From: a virus
Taxonomy: Duplodnaviria > Caudoviricetes
Strand: one strand, 5' to 3'
DNA: 29,890 nt
IMG/VR virus record: IMGVR_UViG_3300031259_000038
Span: 1 to 29,890 of that record
Shown here: positions 17,007 through 25,419 of the stretch, piece by piece
Numbering within the stretch: position 1 is the first letter of the stretch
Layout of the letters: each line of letters begins with the position of its first letter
Notes under the pieces: generated by a model
What the model saw: only the letters and a program-made list of their open reading frames with translations
Databases searched by the model: none
What the model was told of the DNA's origin: nothing
Made by a program: the position numbers and the translations under genes

Positions 17007-17888
17007 TTAAATGTCTTGACGCAGCCCCATAAACACAGGAAACCTTGGGCGGTCCTTCACGCCCTGAGGAAAGCTTTTATACTTGACAATACGCGAGAGC
17101 CAGTCAACGCGACCTGCCCAGATGGCGTCGCGCTCTGCGTCAGTGAAGCCGGTCCCAATGTCGAACTCAACGCCAGTCCGGACGTCACGCACAGCAAGCG
17201 CGCCGAGCGTATTCTTGCCCGCCTTGCCCGCCTTGTGGCTGGATCGCTTGGTTCGACCAAGTTCATCTTCTGTTGCTTCGTTGCCGTTGTGCATCTGCTC
17301 CGCGAAGCCTGTGATGATTGCCTCGCCGTCTGTGAACCGCTTCAACTTCCACAGCCAGCCTTCTTTCATGGTTGCGCGGCCAAACTTGTACGGCCCCTCG
17401 GGGTCGCGGCCCATGACGCCCTCAAAGCCTTCGCGCAGAAACTGCTGTTCGTGGCGTATGAGAGTGTCCTCGTTTTCGACCATCACGTGCGGCACGATCT
17501 TGATACGCTTGTGGCGGGCGTCTTGCACGGCTTTCTTCGCCATGCGAATGCGCTCTTTGAACGGACGTCCGGTGCCAGTCAGCACATCAAAGACGTAGAA
17601 GCACCAGTCGGGCTCCCCGTCTCGGCTCATGACCCCCGAATTTGTCGTGCGGTAGCAATCAGGCGAAGTAGCAGAGCCGACCACAAGCTCACCGTCAAGA
17701 GCAGGTAGGCCAAGATCAGAAAGAGTCTGGCGAATTGACGCATTCGGAATCTCCTTGAAGTTACGACTTAGAGGCCTGCCTCCTGCATCAATGATGCACC
17801 GAATGCCATCCAGCTTGGGGCTGATAAGCACCGGAAAGCGAACTTGATGCACGCCCGGAGTGAACGTGGCTGACAGCATGGGTTTCAA
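17007..17888 (-). CDS. lig: Minimal ATP-dependent DNA ligase
   Basis: SPKLDGIR (KxDG), SRNFK, LDGEL, FYVFD, EGVM, WKLK, C-terminal OB fold ending in PRFP. Confidence 0.93.
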   Translation of the reverse strand: MKPMLSATFTPGVHQVRFPVLISPKLDGIRCIIDAGGRPLSRNFKEIPNASIRQTLSDLGLPALDGELVVGSATSPDCYRTTNSGVMSRDGEPDWCFYVFDVLTGTGRPFKERIRMAKKAVQDARHKRIKIVPHVMVENEDTLIRHEQQFLREGFEGVMGRDPEGPYKFGRATMKEGWLWKLKRFTDGEAIITGFAEQMHNGNEATEDELGRTKRSSHKAGKAGKNTLGALAVRDVRTGVEFDIGTGFTDAERDAIWAGRVDWLSRIVKYKSFPQGVKDRPRFPVFMGLRQDI

Positions 17889-18247
17889 TGTTGGTCTCCT
17901 TTCTCTTGTTCAACATCCATTTCGCCAGTGCCGCGACAGCCGGGGCACATGACGCGCATACTGCGAATTCCGCGCATCTGCATCAGATACCCTTTGCCAG
18001 CGCAAGTATCGCACTTCTGCTTGTGTCCGGCGGGCGGCGCAGGCGGGCTCTGCCGCCGAAGCCACTCCAGCAGCAGGTGCTTCGCGCGGTCCACTTGCGC
18101 AAAGGCCTCTAGCGAGCCGCCCATGTCCGGATGGGTCTGCCGTGCCCGCGCCTTGTATGCGGCGGCCACAGTCTGCTCCGTGACTTCGGGCAAGGGCAGG
18201 CGCAGCAGATCGGCGGCTTCTTGAGCCGTGCGCGTATTGACAATCAC
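17885..18247 (-). CDS. J-domain protein with DnaJ-type zinc finger
   Basis: AYKARARQTHPDMGGS..F (HPD motif); CDTCAGKG and CPGCRGTG (2x CxxCxGxG). GTGA and ATGA couplings on both sides. Confidence 0.85.
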   Translation of the reverse strand: MIVNTRTAQEAADLLRLPLPEVTEQTVAAAYKARARQTHPDMGGSLEAFAQVDRAKHLLLEWLRRQSPPAPPAGHKQKCDTCAGKGYLMQMRGIRSMRVMCPGCRGTGEMDVEQEKGDQH

Positions 18248-20274
18248 TTCTTCACCGCCTGTTTCTTGATGTTTTCTTCCAGCGCCTTGCGCGTTGCTTT
18301 CTTCCATGTCGTTAGGTTCCTGACGCAGAAATACCGTTGCATCGTACCCTCCGGCGTTTTGAGCGGCTGGCCACCAGATACCTGATAGAATCCGGCTGCG
18401 GTCAGTTGGCGCCCTAGCCCAACCGCTGTGACCTTGGTAGAGTTAGGATGCCTGTTCATAAACATGCCCAGCAGTTCGCTAGTCGTAAACAAGTCCCGCG
18501 TGTGGCGCATATCGCCAAAGAGCAATACCTGCTCAGGATACTGCGCCAGTTCGGCAATCCAACTACCGAGTTCGCCCTTGGTCGACAAGATCATGCGCTC
18601 CTTGGCGGCGGTGCGCGGAGCCGGGGCGGCGGGGTTGAAGTTTTTGTTGATCTTGCGGTCCAGCAGCCATTGCATCAGATGGCCAGCTCCGTCGCCCTTA
18701 TACCACTTGTCGTACTCTTTGTAGAAGGCCTCCGGCATGGGGTCGCCCTCAACTTCCGCCACCAGAAAGCGGCGGTCCTTATCCTCAAGAAAGAAGCTGT
18801 CGCCGTGCTGGGACGTGAACAGAAAGTTCATGCGGTTGGGCAGTTCAAACTGCGGCACGAACTTGATGTTGACTGTTACGGTGTCCTTGGTGATCAGCCG
18901 CTTCAGCGTATTCATATATTGCCGGTTGTCTTTGCCCGATACTTCATCACCGAGTACGAACTGGCGGTTTTCGGCCCAGAAGGTTTCCTCCAGATCGTCG
19001 TCGGTAATTTCCTTGAAGTTCTCTCCGTATATGCGGCCCAGCGTATAGCCAATGAGCGTCTTGCCGGTCCCTTGCGTTACGCCGTGAATAACGACGCCCA
19101 CGAACAGCTTCGCGCCGGGGTTCTGTATCGGGTACGCGCACCAGTCATAAAAGTAGTCAAGCTGCTCCTGCGTCCACTCGCTAAATATGAACCGCGTGAG
19201 TTTGATCCAGGGGTCCACGGTGCCCTTCTTGGGTTTGACGCCCCAGCCCCGCCACATATTCAAATCGCCCTCTGGCGTCATGAGCTCTTCGCCCGGCGCG
19301 TAGGTCAGCTTACGAGCCGTTCTACGAAATGGCCACTTGATCCAAACCGGCGCGGCTGGCACGACCATGTTCTGTGTCGTACCGTTGGGGCGCAGGCGGG
19401 CCTCAAAGGTGGACTCGGTGGCCCACTTGCTATGCTCCTTGAAGGCACCGACCGCTATCTTCTGCATGTCGTCTACGCTTATCACGAGGCCGGGGTTGTC
19501 GATGTAGACGACCTCCTTGTTGATGCGCCATAGGGCTGAGGTCATGCCAAGGTTCTGCGCTTGCTTGACTAGGTCGCCAAAGGCTTCCTCGCCGTTGGCC
19601 AGCAGGAAGTCGTCCAGCCCTACCTTCTCATCGTTAGCGCCGGGCAGCGTTATGAACTTGACCAGCGCGCCAAGGTTCTGCATCGCCTCGCCCAGCGCCG
19701 ACATGGCAAGGCAGACATTCGCGTTGGTTACGAAGTCACTATCAAAGCACAGATAGACGATGCGCTTGGGCCACACGATTTTGTGCATCTCCGGCAGCAT
19801 GACCATATCGTCTTTTGCTGACCGGAAGGACCACACGCCTCCGAGGCCGACGCACGGCCACCCGGCCTGACAACCAGCGGCGGCTTTCAACTCACCTTCC
19901 GTGATGATGATAGGCTGGTCGGTATCAGCGCCTACGCTCTTCCATTCAATGGACTTTGGGAAGTAGGCGCAAGCGCGAGTGTTCGGCTCTTGCTTATACT
20001 TGGGGCCTTTCTCGCCAGCGGCCTCCTTGAAGCCGAAGGGCTTGTCTAGGTACCTTATGCGATAGAACTGACCCCAACCGGGGCGGCTCTCCAGCGGCTT
20101 CTTGTCAACATCAAAGTACGGTATGACCAGCGCGGGCCGCGCCTCAAAGGATTTATGCAAGAGCGCCGCGCTGACCACTTCATACATACCGAGCGCGGTG
20201 CCGTCTGAACTTGTGATACCACTTGAGAGCAGCTTGTCTTTTCCCAGCTTGCTCCATTCGCCCTTCTTAGACAT
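18244..20274 (-). CDS. Primase-helicase (DUF3854 Toprim-like plus DUF5906/NrS-1-type SF3 helicase)
   Basis: ITEGELKA, GLGGVW, CFDSD, KVGLDDFL; YAPG, LNMW; Walker A QGTGKT, Walker B VLGDE, INIKF-like VNIKF, DRRF. Confidence 0.9.
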   Translation of the reverse strand: MSKKGEWSKLGKDKLLSSGITSSDGTALGMYEVVSAALLHKSFEARPALVIPYFDVDKKPLESRPGWGQFYRIRYLDKPFGFKEAAGEKGPKYKQEPNTRACAYFPKSIEWKSVGADTDQPIIITEGELKAAAGCQAGWPCVGLGGVWSFRSAKDDMVMLPEMHKIVWPKRIVYLCFDSDFVTNANVCLAMSALGEAMQNLGALVKFITLPGANDEKVGLDDFLLANGEEAFGDLVKQAQNLGMTSALWRINKEVVYIDNPGLVISVDDMQKIAVGAFKEHSKWATESTFEARLRPNGTTQNMVVPAAPVWIKWPFRRTARKLTYAPGEELMTPEGDLNMWRGWGVKPKKGTVDPWIKLTRFIFSEWTQEQLDYFYDWCAYPIQNPGAKLFVGVVIHGVTQGTGKTLIGYTLGRIYGENFKEITDDDLEETFWAENRQFVLGDEVSGKDNRQYMNTLKRLITKDTVTVNIKFVPQFELPNRMNFLFTSQHGDSFFLEDKDRRFLVAEVEGDPMPEAFYKEYDKWYKGDGAGHLMQWLLDRKINKNFNPAAPAPRTAAKERMILSTKGELGSWIAELAQYPEQVLLFGDMRHTRDLFTTSELLGMFMNRHPNSTKVTAVGLGRQLTAAGFYQVSGGQPLKTPEGTMQRYFCVRNLTTWKKATRKALEENIKKQAVKK

Positions 20275-20291
20275 CGTGACCCCACTGACCC

Positions 20292-20328
20292 AAAGCAAAA
20301 CCGACTGCCTGATTAACAGGCAAGCCGG
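20292..20328 (-). terminator. Intrinsic terminator at the early/replication boundary
   Basis: Minus strand CCGGC-T-TGCCTG-TTAAT-CAGGCA-GTCGG followed by TTTTGCTTT. Confidence 0.65.
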
Positions 20329-20358
20329 GTAAGAGTAAGCAACCTAGCACGCCGGGCG

Positions 20359-20670
20359 CTAGGGCACAAGGGGCAGACCCAGCGCGTCTCTATGCCAGTG
20401 GGTTGCCTGTGGGGGCAGCATCCCACCGGCTTCAATCCGCATCACGATCCAGCGACCGCCTGCGGGGCTGGCCCACGCGGCATAGTAGGCGTCTTCAAGC
20501 GGGGGCATATCTCCCACATCGCGCCAGCCCAGCCGCCGAGCGTCTTCCAGATAACGGTAGTACGCGGGCGCGGGCTGAACCTGCCGAGCGGGCTTCACCA
20601 CGGTCCGGCAGTTCATGCAGCGGGCTTCACCGTTATCGGCTACGCTGACGTTCGTGTGTTTGCAGTCCAT
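20359..20670 (-). CDS. Hypothetical protein with N-terminal CxH...CxxC zinc-ribbon-like motif
   Basis: MDCKH...RCMNC; W..VGDMPP...ATHW pattern. Confidence 0.6.
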   Translation of the reverse strand: MDCKHTNVSVADNGEARCMNCRTVVKPARQVQPAPAYYRYLEDARRLGWRDVGDMPPLEDAYYAAWASPAGGRWIVMRIEAGGMLPPQATHWHRDALGLPLVP

Positions 20671-20673
20671 TTA

Positions 20674-21279
20674 TCAATACCCCTTGAATGTTTTGACCAG
20701 CTTCTCTTGCAGCTTGCCGAGTACCACCGCCGCCTGACCTCCAGTCAAGCCGCACTCGTTTTTGATTTTCATGGTGAAGTCTTGCGCCAGCGCCGCAAGG
20801 TAGGCGTCACGCTCTTGGCCCCGGTACGTCCGTATGGACATCTGCGCTTGCTGGTCAAGCCGAAAGACTCCGAGCATGTGCTGGCCCAACCCAAGGAAGC
20901 CCTTGAGCGCAACGCCGACCTCAACGCATTGCGTATCAAAGCGCTCGTCGACTGTCACCAGAATACGGGACCTGCCCTCGTCGGGAGCCCAGTCCACAGG
21001 TATCTGTTTCATTCTCTGCGCTTTTTCAACTCTCTCTGTGAACTTCTTTATGGCGTCGAATTCGCGCGCCTTGTCTTCTCCGTACTTATCAGAGAAGTCC
21101 TTGGCCCGCTGCTCGTTGCTTTGACTCTGCTCCGGGCTGTCCTCAAGTTCTTCCAGCTTATCGGTCAGCTCCTCCACCATCGCGACCAACTCATTTATGC
21201 GCTCAGCTTGAGCCTGTATGATATTTTGCGCGTTTGCGAGCGCAGCCTCGTAGTATTCGGGATTCATTGCCTTAGCCAT
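20674..21279 (-). CDS. Hypothetical protein with N-terminal coiled coil
   Basis: AGGAG RBS; heptad-rich N-terminus. Confidence 0.7.
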   Translation of the reverse strand: MAKAMNPEYYEAALANAQNIIQAQAERINELVAMVEELTDKLEELEDSPEQSQSNEQRAKDFSDKYGEDKAREFDAIKKFTERVEKAQRMKQIPVDWAPDEGRSRILVTVDERFDTQCVEVGVALKGFLGLGQHMLGVFRLDQQAQMSIRTYRGQERDAYLAALAQDFTMKIKNECGLTGGQAAVVLGKLQEKLVKTFKGY

Positions 21280-21421
21280 CGAATTCTCCTGTTTCCATCA
21301 TGCGCAGTTTCTTGCGCCATTGCAGTTCAATCTCTTGTGGGCTCCGTCGCTTGCCCACATCAGCTAAGAGCTCCACGGCTTTGACAGCGGCGCGCGTCGG
21401 TTGCTTCTTCACAGCGCCCAT
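21272..21421 (-). CDS. Small hypothetical protein (49 aa; not in ORF track)
   Basis: MGAVKKQPTRAAVKAVELLADVGKRRSPQEIELQWRKKLRMMETGEFDG fills the gap and overlaps both neighbours. Alternative GTG at 21412. Confidence 0.5.
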   Translation of the reverse strand: MGAVKKQPTRAAVKAVELLADVGKRRSPQEIELQWRKKLRMMETGEFDG

Positions 21422-21882
21422 CCCGGAACTGGCCGACCAGTCCAGATCGGCTCTCGCTTGTCGGTGGGCCAGCGTGCCAGCAGATACGCGCGATAGGCGT
21501 TGGTGATCGGCAGGTGGCTGAAGTCAAACCCATGGCCGCGCGCGCTGTTCTGGAACTCCAGCGGCTCCAGCGGTGAGCGGAAGTGGCGGCGCATGGCGCG
21601 CAGCACCGGCTGGCACGCGTGGGTTCGGCCAGTCCAGGACGTGTAGACGTCGCACAGCGCCAGCCCATAGCGCAAGGTCCACCGGGCATGGCTGGCACGG
21701 CGTCCGGCCCACAGAGTAACCGGGTGTCGCCTATGCGTGACGCGGTAAAACCCCGTCACACCGCGCTCGTCAAGCACGGCGGACAGAATCTGCGTGGCCT
21801 CCAGCGCAATCTTGATGACACGCTTATCGTCAAGATCACGTGCCGCAATCAGCGGATCTGTGTGAGTTACGAACAAGTTCAT
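21409..21882 (-). CDS. Pyrimidine-dimer DNA glycosylase/endonuclease V-like protein
   Basis: MNLF...DP..AA..LDDKRVIK.ALE..Q.LS, Y..TH..HP...W, AYR.Y, W..R..P.W family signature. Confidence 0.75.
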   Translation of the reverse strand: MNLFVTHTDPLIAARDLDDKRVIKIALEATQILSAVLDERGVTGFYRVTHRRHPVTLWAGRRASHARWTLRYGLALCDVYTSWTGRTHACQPVLRAMRRHFRSPLEPLEFQNSARGHGFDFSHLPITNAYRAYLLARWPTDKREPIWTGRPVPGWAL

Positions 21883-22055
21883 GCTGGTCCCTTTATCCTT
21901 GCGGCCTCGCGCTTGGCGCGGTCGCTTGCTTCGCGCTTGCTGGGAAGCGCAGACATAACCCAAGGCTCCTCCCCAATCAGCACGACGGGGAGCCAGCCTT
22001 CGGCGCAGCGCCTGACTCTATAAGTCACGCGCCGCGCCTTGTGCGGCTTAGACAT
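21879..22055 (-). CDS. Small basic hypothetical protein (58 aa; not in ORF track)
   Basis: GGAGGAG RBS; MSKPHKARRVTYRVRR...RIKGPA; ATGA coupling to the next gene. Confidence 0.55.
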   Translation of the reverse strand: MSKPHKARRVTYRVRRCAEGWLPVVLIGEEPWVMSALPSKREASDRAKREAARIKGPA

Positions 22056-22905
22056 ACTCCTCCTCCAGTTCCGCCAGCCGTTCGCCGCCAGCCTTGACCG
22101 AAGCCTCGTTGATTTGCTTCATGGCAAGATCAAGCGCGGCGGCCATCGTGGTGCATTTTGTGAACTGCTGACCTACGCCCTGAATATAGAGCGCGGTGCG
22201 GTCCGGCACAAGGCTGAACCCGGCTTCGGTGGTTCCCGGATAACCGTATCCGCCGTGAACCATGTCCCGCTCGGTGCGCTCGATGACAGCGAAGAGCAGG
22301 CGGCGGAACATCGCCGGGTGCGCGAGGCTGAAAGCAATCGCGGCCATGTCCAGCGGCTGGTCGGCTTGCTTGATGCTCCACGTGAATGTGAACTTGCGCT
22401 TGAGGCCATCGATCGTGATGGCCCCGTAAAGTTCAACGCGGATGCCGCGTGACTCCAGCCGATCGACCAGCACGGCCATCGCCGAGCCGTAGTTCGCCAT
22501 CTCGTTGGCGCTTACGCCAGCGGATGCTACGACGTTGACGACCAGCGTCACGGCGGGCTTCACGACACGCTCCTTGACGCGGCGGACCATGTTGAAAGGA
22601 TCACCCGTAACATAGCGACCGATGTCGGCGTGGTCTCCCATGACTCCGTACGCCTTGACCGGCTTCAGGTAGGTCGGGTCGTTGCTTTGCAGCGCCTCCA
22701 GCTTGCGAACACCCTCGTCCCAACCATCGCGAGCGTACTGCATCGCCTTAGCGTAGTCGGTGTTCAAGTCCCACGACTGATTGGCAGGGTTGCTGACGGA
22801 CGCCTTGGTCGGCCAAGTCGGCCGCGTGTCGGCCAGCCATTGCACGATGTCGCGCAGGTTGTCGGCGTGGCCAAGCCACGACTTGTCTGTGATTTCTATG
22901 ATCAC
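22048..22905 (-). CDS. vWA-like partner of the AAA+ ATPase
   Basis: GTGA coupling to the ATPase gene; beta strand VTLVVNVVASAG (degenerate MIDAS position), LESRGIRVEL, HPAMFRR, GYGYP. Confidence 0.6.
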   Translation of the reverse strand: MIIEITDKSWLGHADNLRDIVQWLADTRPTWPTKASVSNPANQSWDLNTDYAKAMQYARDGWDEGVRKLEALQSNDPTYLKPVKAYGVMGDHADIGRYVTGDPFNMVRRVKERVVKPAVTLVVNVVASAGVSANEMANYGSAMAVLVDRLESRGIRVELYGAITIDGLKRKFTFTWSIKQADQPLDMAAIAFSLAHPAMFRRLLFAVIERTERDMVHGGYGYPGTTEAGFSLVPDRTALYIQGVGQQFTKCTTMAAALDLAMKQINEASVKAGGERLAELEEEYV

Positions 22906-23942
22906 CGCACCTTCTCCATCACCAGCTTGGCCTGAACACGCGACCGGTTCTGGTCATCCAGACCTTTCCAGACCACCGCCTCCTCAACCTCGGCCTGAGC
23001 CCAACCGGCGGCGAGAAGCTTCGCGCCATTTATACTTGCGCGTGGCGAAACGATGTGGCGGACGCCAGTGCTGACTATCGCTTTGCGCACCGACTGAACA
23101 TGCCGCGTCCAGTCAGCGTTGCCAGCGAGGGCCAGTTCCAGCGACTCATCGTAATCGATGTCGATCATGGTGAACCTGTCCAGCGTCGCAGCGTCAAGCT
23201 GATTGCGGCCGACGTACTGGCGGTCAGCGCCGCGCCCATAGGTGTTCCCAGCCGCAATGGCATGGAAGTCCTTGTGCGCGACCACGACAGCGTCAGGGAA
23301 GTCACAGCGTCCGTTGGCCAGCGCCGCGTTAAAAGCGGTGAGTGCGTCGGGGTCGCTTGCGTCAACCTCGTCAAAGAGGAAGATGCCGCCCTTTTCGTAA
23401 GCCTCGCGGAACGGCGTCCGCACGATGGCCCCATTGGCAGTGACGAAGCCGAGAAGCTTGAAGTCGCTGGTCACGCGGCTGGCCATATAGAAGTTCAGGT
23501 GCATCACCTTGGCGACCTGCTCGGCCAGCGTGGTCTTGCCCGAGCCCGCCGGACCTACGAGCATGGGGCTCACTCCAGCGACAACCGCCTGCACGACAGC
23601 CTCCAGCTTGTGATGGCCGACGTCCACCTTGATTTCCGGCATGGTGCCGACCTTGACAGCGGCGACGCGGCTGGCCAGCGCAAGGTTCTCCTCCACCAGC
23701 GCGGGGACCAGCGTCATGAACTGGCGGGCAATCAGGCCAATGGCCCGGTCAACCGCCTTGTCAGCGGCGCCATCGTCGATGCCGGGCTTGGTCGGCACTC
23801 TGGCCTCCGGGCATTCTCCGGGCAGGTGATAGGTGATCCAGCGTCCGGTGTTCTCGTCCTTGACGATGCGACCCGCACCCTCTTCCACGCGGGCGCCGCA
23901 ATCGCGGCAGACGCCCGGATATGTGTTTGCACGAATTCCCAT
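22902..23942 (-). CDS. MoxR/CobS/CbbQ-type AAA+ ATPase with N-terminal Zn-ribbon
   Basis: GPAGSGKT, FLFDEVD, AAGNT.G.G...YVGRN.LD.ATLDRF, SPRA. N-terminal CRDC...H...C. Confidence 0.9.
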   Translation of the reverse strand: MGIRANTYPGVCRDCGARVEEGAGRIVKDENTGRWITYHLPGECPEARVPTKPGIDDGAADKAVDRAIGLIARQFMTLVPALVEENLALASRVAAVKVGTMPEIKVDVGHHKLEAVVQAVVAGVSPMLVGPAGSGKTTLAEQVAKVMHLNFYMASRVTSDFKLLGFVTANGAIVRTPFREAYEKGGIFLFDEVDASDPDALTAFNAALANGRCDFPDAVVVAHKDFHAIAAGNTYGRGADRQYVGRNQLDAATLDRFTMIDIDYDESLELALAGNADWTRHVQSVRKAIVSTGVRHIVSPRASINGAKLLAAGWAQAEVEEAVVWKGLDDQNRSRVQAKLVMEKVR

Positions 23943-23953
23943 GTCATTTCTCC

Positions 23954-24352
23954 TTAGCTAAAAATGATGTATTCACGTTCGGCCAGGAATGGCCATTCAA
24001 TTCGCCTTTCGGCGAAATCCGGAAAGTCCTTTTCCAGAACGCGTTGCGCTTCGCTGCAAGCGGCGTCAGTGGTGTCGCTACTGGCCAGCGCTCGCTTGCA
24101 CGCGGTGATCATGGCGTAGCGCCACGTCCCCGGTCGGTGCCGATTGCTGAGCTGAGGACCGCCCCGGAAGCGGCCAGTGTTCGCGCGCGGCGCCTTGACT
24201 TTCAGCTTGCGCATGGTCTCGGCCATGGCGGGTTCACGCGTGGAGACAGGCGCACGGGGCGCAAGGGCCAGAATGATCTGGCGTAGGACGGCCTCGGGCA
24301 GGTCGGCGGCAATCTCTGCAACCGAGTCCGCTAGGCCAGTGGGAATCAACAT
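23954..24352 (-). CDS. Hypothetical basic protein, possible distant paralog of the 8953/24864 domain
   Basis: AAGGAG RBS before MLIPTG; NRHRPGTWR...W..LAEREYI.F. Confidence 0.6.
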   Translation of the reverse strand: MLIPTGLADSVAEIAADLPEAVLRQIILALAPRAPVSTREPAMAETMRKLKVKAPRANTGRFRGGPQLSNRHRPGTWRYAMITACKRALASSDTTDAACSEAQRVLEKDFPDFAERRIEWPFLAEREYIIFS

Positions 24353-24416
24353 AGTGGGCTCCTTGTTGTGGCTGGCCAGTATGCCGCGCAATGGGCCGAC
24401 TGACCAGCGTCGTTTG

Positions 24417-24644
24417 TCACCGCTTGTGCAAGGTGCGGACGTTGTCCACGGCGAGTACGATCAGCGACGTATAGCCGATGATGCCCTCCCACGTGAGAAA
24501 CAGGTCCAGCGCCTCGTACTGACTCAGCGACGCGGCTGTCATGGCGCTCTGGCCCTGCTCGGCCAGCGCGGTCGCCATTGGGGCACAATATCCGGCTTCC
24601 AGCAGATCCTTCCGCCGTGCTGCGATGTCTTCGGACTCGGTCAT
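24417..24644 (-). CDS. Hypothetical protein
   Basis: GGAG RBS; 75 aa. Confidence 0.65.
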   Translation of the reverse strand: MTESEDIAARRKDLLEAGYCAPMATALAEQGQSAMTAASLSQYEALDLFLTWEGIIGYTSLIVLAVDNVRTLHKR

Positions 24645-24657
24645 GGTAGTCTCCAGG

Positions 24658-24801
24658 TTATGCGCAAGGGCGCAGAGGCAGAGCGCGGCCTAACTGGACG
24701 CGCCGAACGTGGTCGTTGTATGCGCGAGCCGTCTCGCGAATGTGATACTGGCGCATAGCCTCCAGGCGCGCGGCAATCTCCTCGTCGGTTGGCAGGTTCA
24801 T
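24658..24801 (-). CDS. Small hypothetical protein (47 aa; not in ORF track)
   Basis: GGAG RBS; MNLPTDEEIAARLEAMRQYHIRETARAYNDHVRRVQLGRALPLRPCA. Confidence 0.5.
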   Translation of the reverse strand: MNLPTDEEIAARLEAMRQYHIRETARAYNDHVRRVQLGRALPLRPCA

Positions 24802-24824
24802 ATTCGTTGCTCCATAGTTCAATG

Positions 24825-24848
24825 CGCCCCTAGCTTCGGCTAGGGGCG
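24825..24848. terminator. Perfect 10-bp hairpin with TTCG/CGAA loop
   Basis: CGCCCCTAGC-TTCG-GCTAGGGGCG, 15 nt after the stop of 24864..25409. No strong U tract. Confidence 0.6.
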
Positions 24849-24863
24849 GTAAGAAGCATGGAC

Positions 24864-25409
24864 TTAGGCCAGCGTGATCACCTTGGCGGCGACCCAGCGC
24901 GGCAGATACTTTGCCTTGCCGCCCTTGGCGAGGTACTCGGTGACCGTCTTGCTGGTCGTGCAGGCGGTCCAGCTATCGTGGCGCGCCGAACCTTCCCGGC
25001 CGAACGTGAACTTCTTGTCCACGATGGTGATCTTCCGGGTGTCTCCGGCCTTCGGTGCAGCGCGCTCGGCGCGGGCGGTGACTTTCGCCGCCTTGGTCGC
25101 TTGCGCCTTGTCGGTCTTCGTGGTCGCCTTGGCAGGCGAAGCGGCCGACTTGGCGTCCTTGACAGCCTTCTGCGAATGCGGGGCGTCGGTGGACTTCAGG
25201 CCGCGCGCCAGTCCAGGCGTCGCCGCCTGCGTCGGATGCTTCTTGGCCTTCGCGGCTTCCAGTTCAGCAACCGACTTGGCGCCAGTTTCCTTGCCGATGT
25301 CGGCCAGTTCGCGCTTGATCTTGGCCATGCGCTGCGCCTTCGGCGTTTCCAGGTACGTGGACTTCGCTTCGGTAGCGGCGACTGCAGTGTTTGCGTTTGA
25401 CTTTGCCAT
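24864..25409 (-). CDS. Lys/Ala-rich (histone H1-like) protein with C-terminal domain paralogous to 8953..9255
   Basis: GGAG RBS; low-complexity K/A/T region; RKITIVDK...REGSAR...KTVTEY...GGKAKYL. Confidence 0.75.
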   Translation of the reverse strand: MAKSNANTAVAATEAKSTYLETPKAQRMAKIKRELADIGKETGAKSVAELEAAKAKKHPTQAATPGLARGLKSTDAPHSQKAVKDAKSAASPAKATTKTDKAQATKAAKVTARAERAAPKAGDTRKITIVDKKFTFGREGSARHDSWTACTTSKTVTEYLAKGGKAKYLPRWVAAKVITLA

Positions 25410-25419
25410 TTTGTATTAC

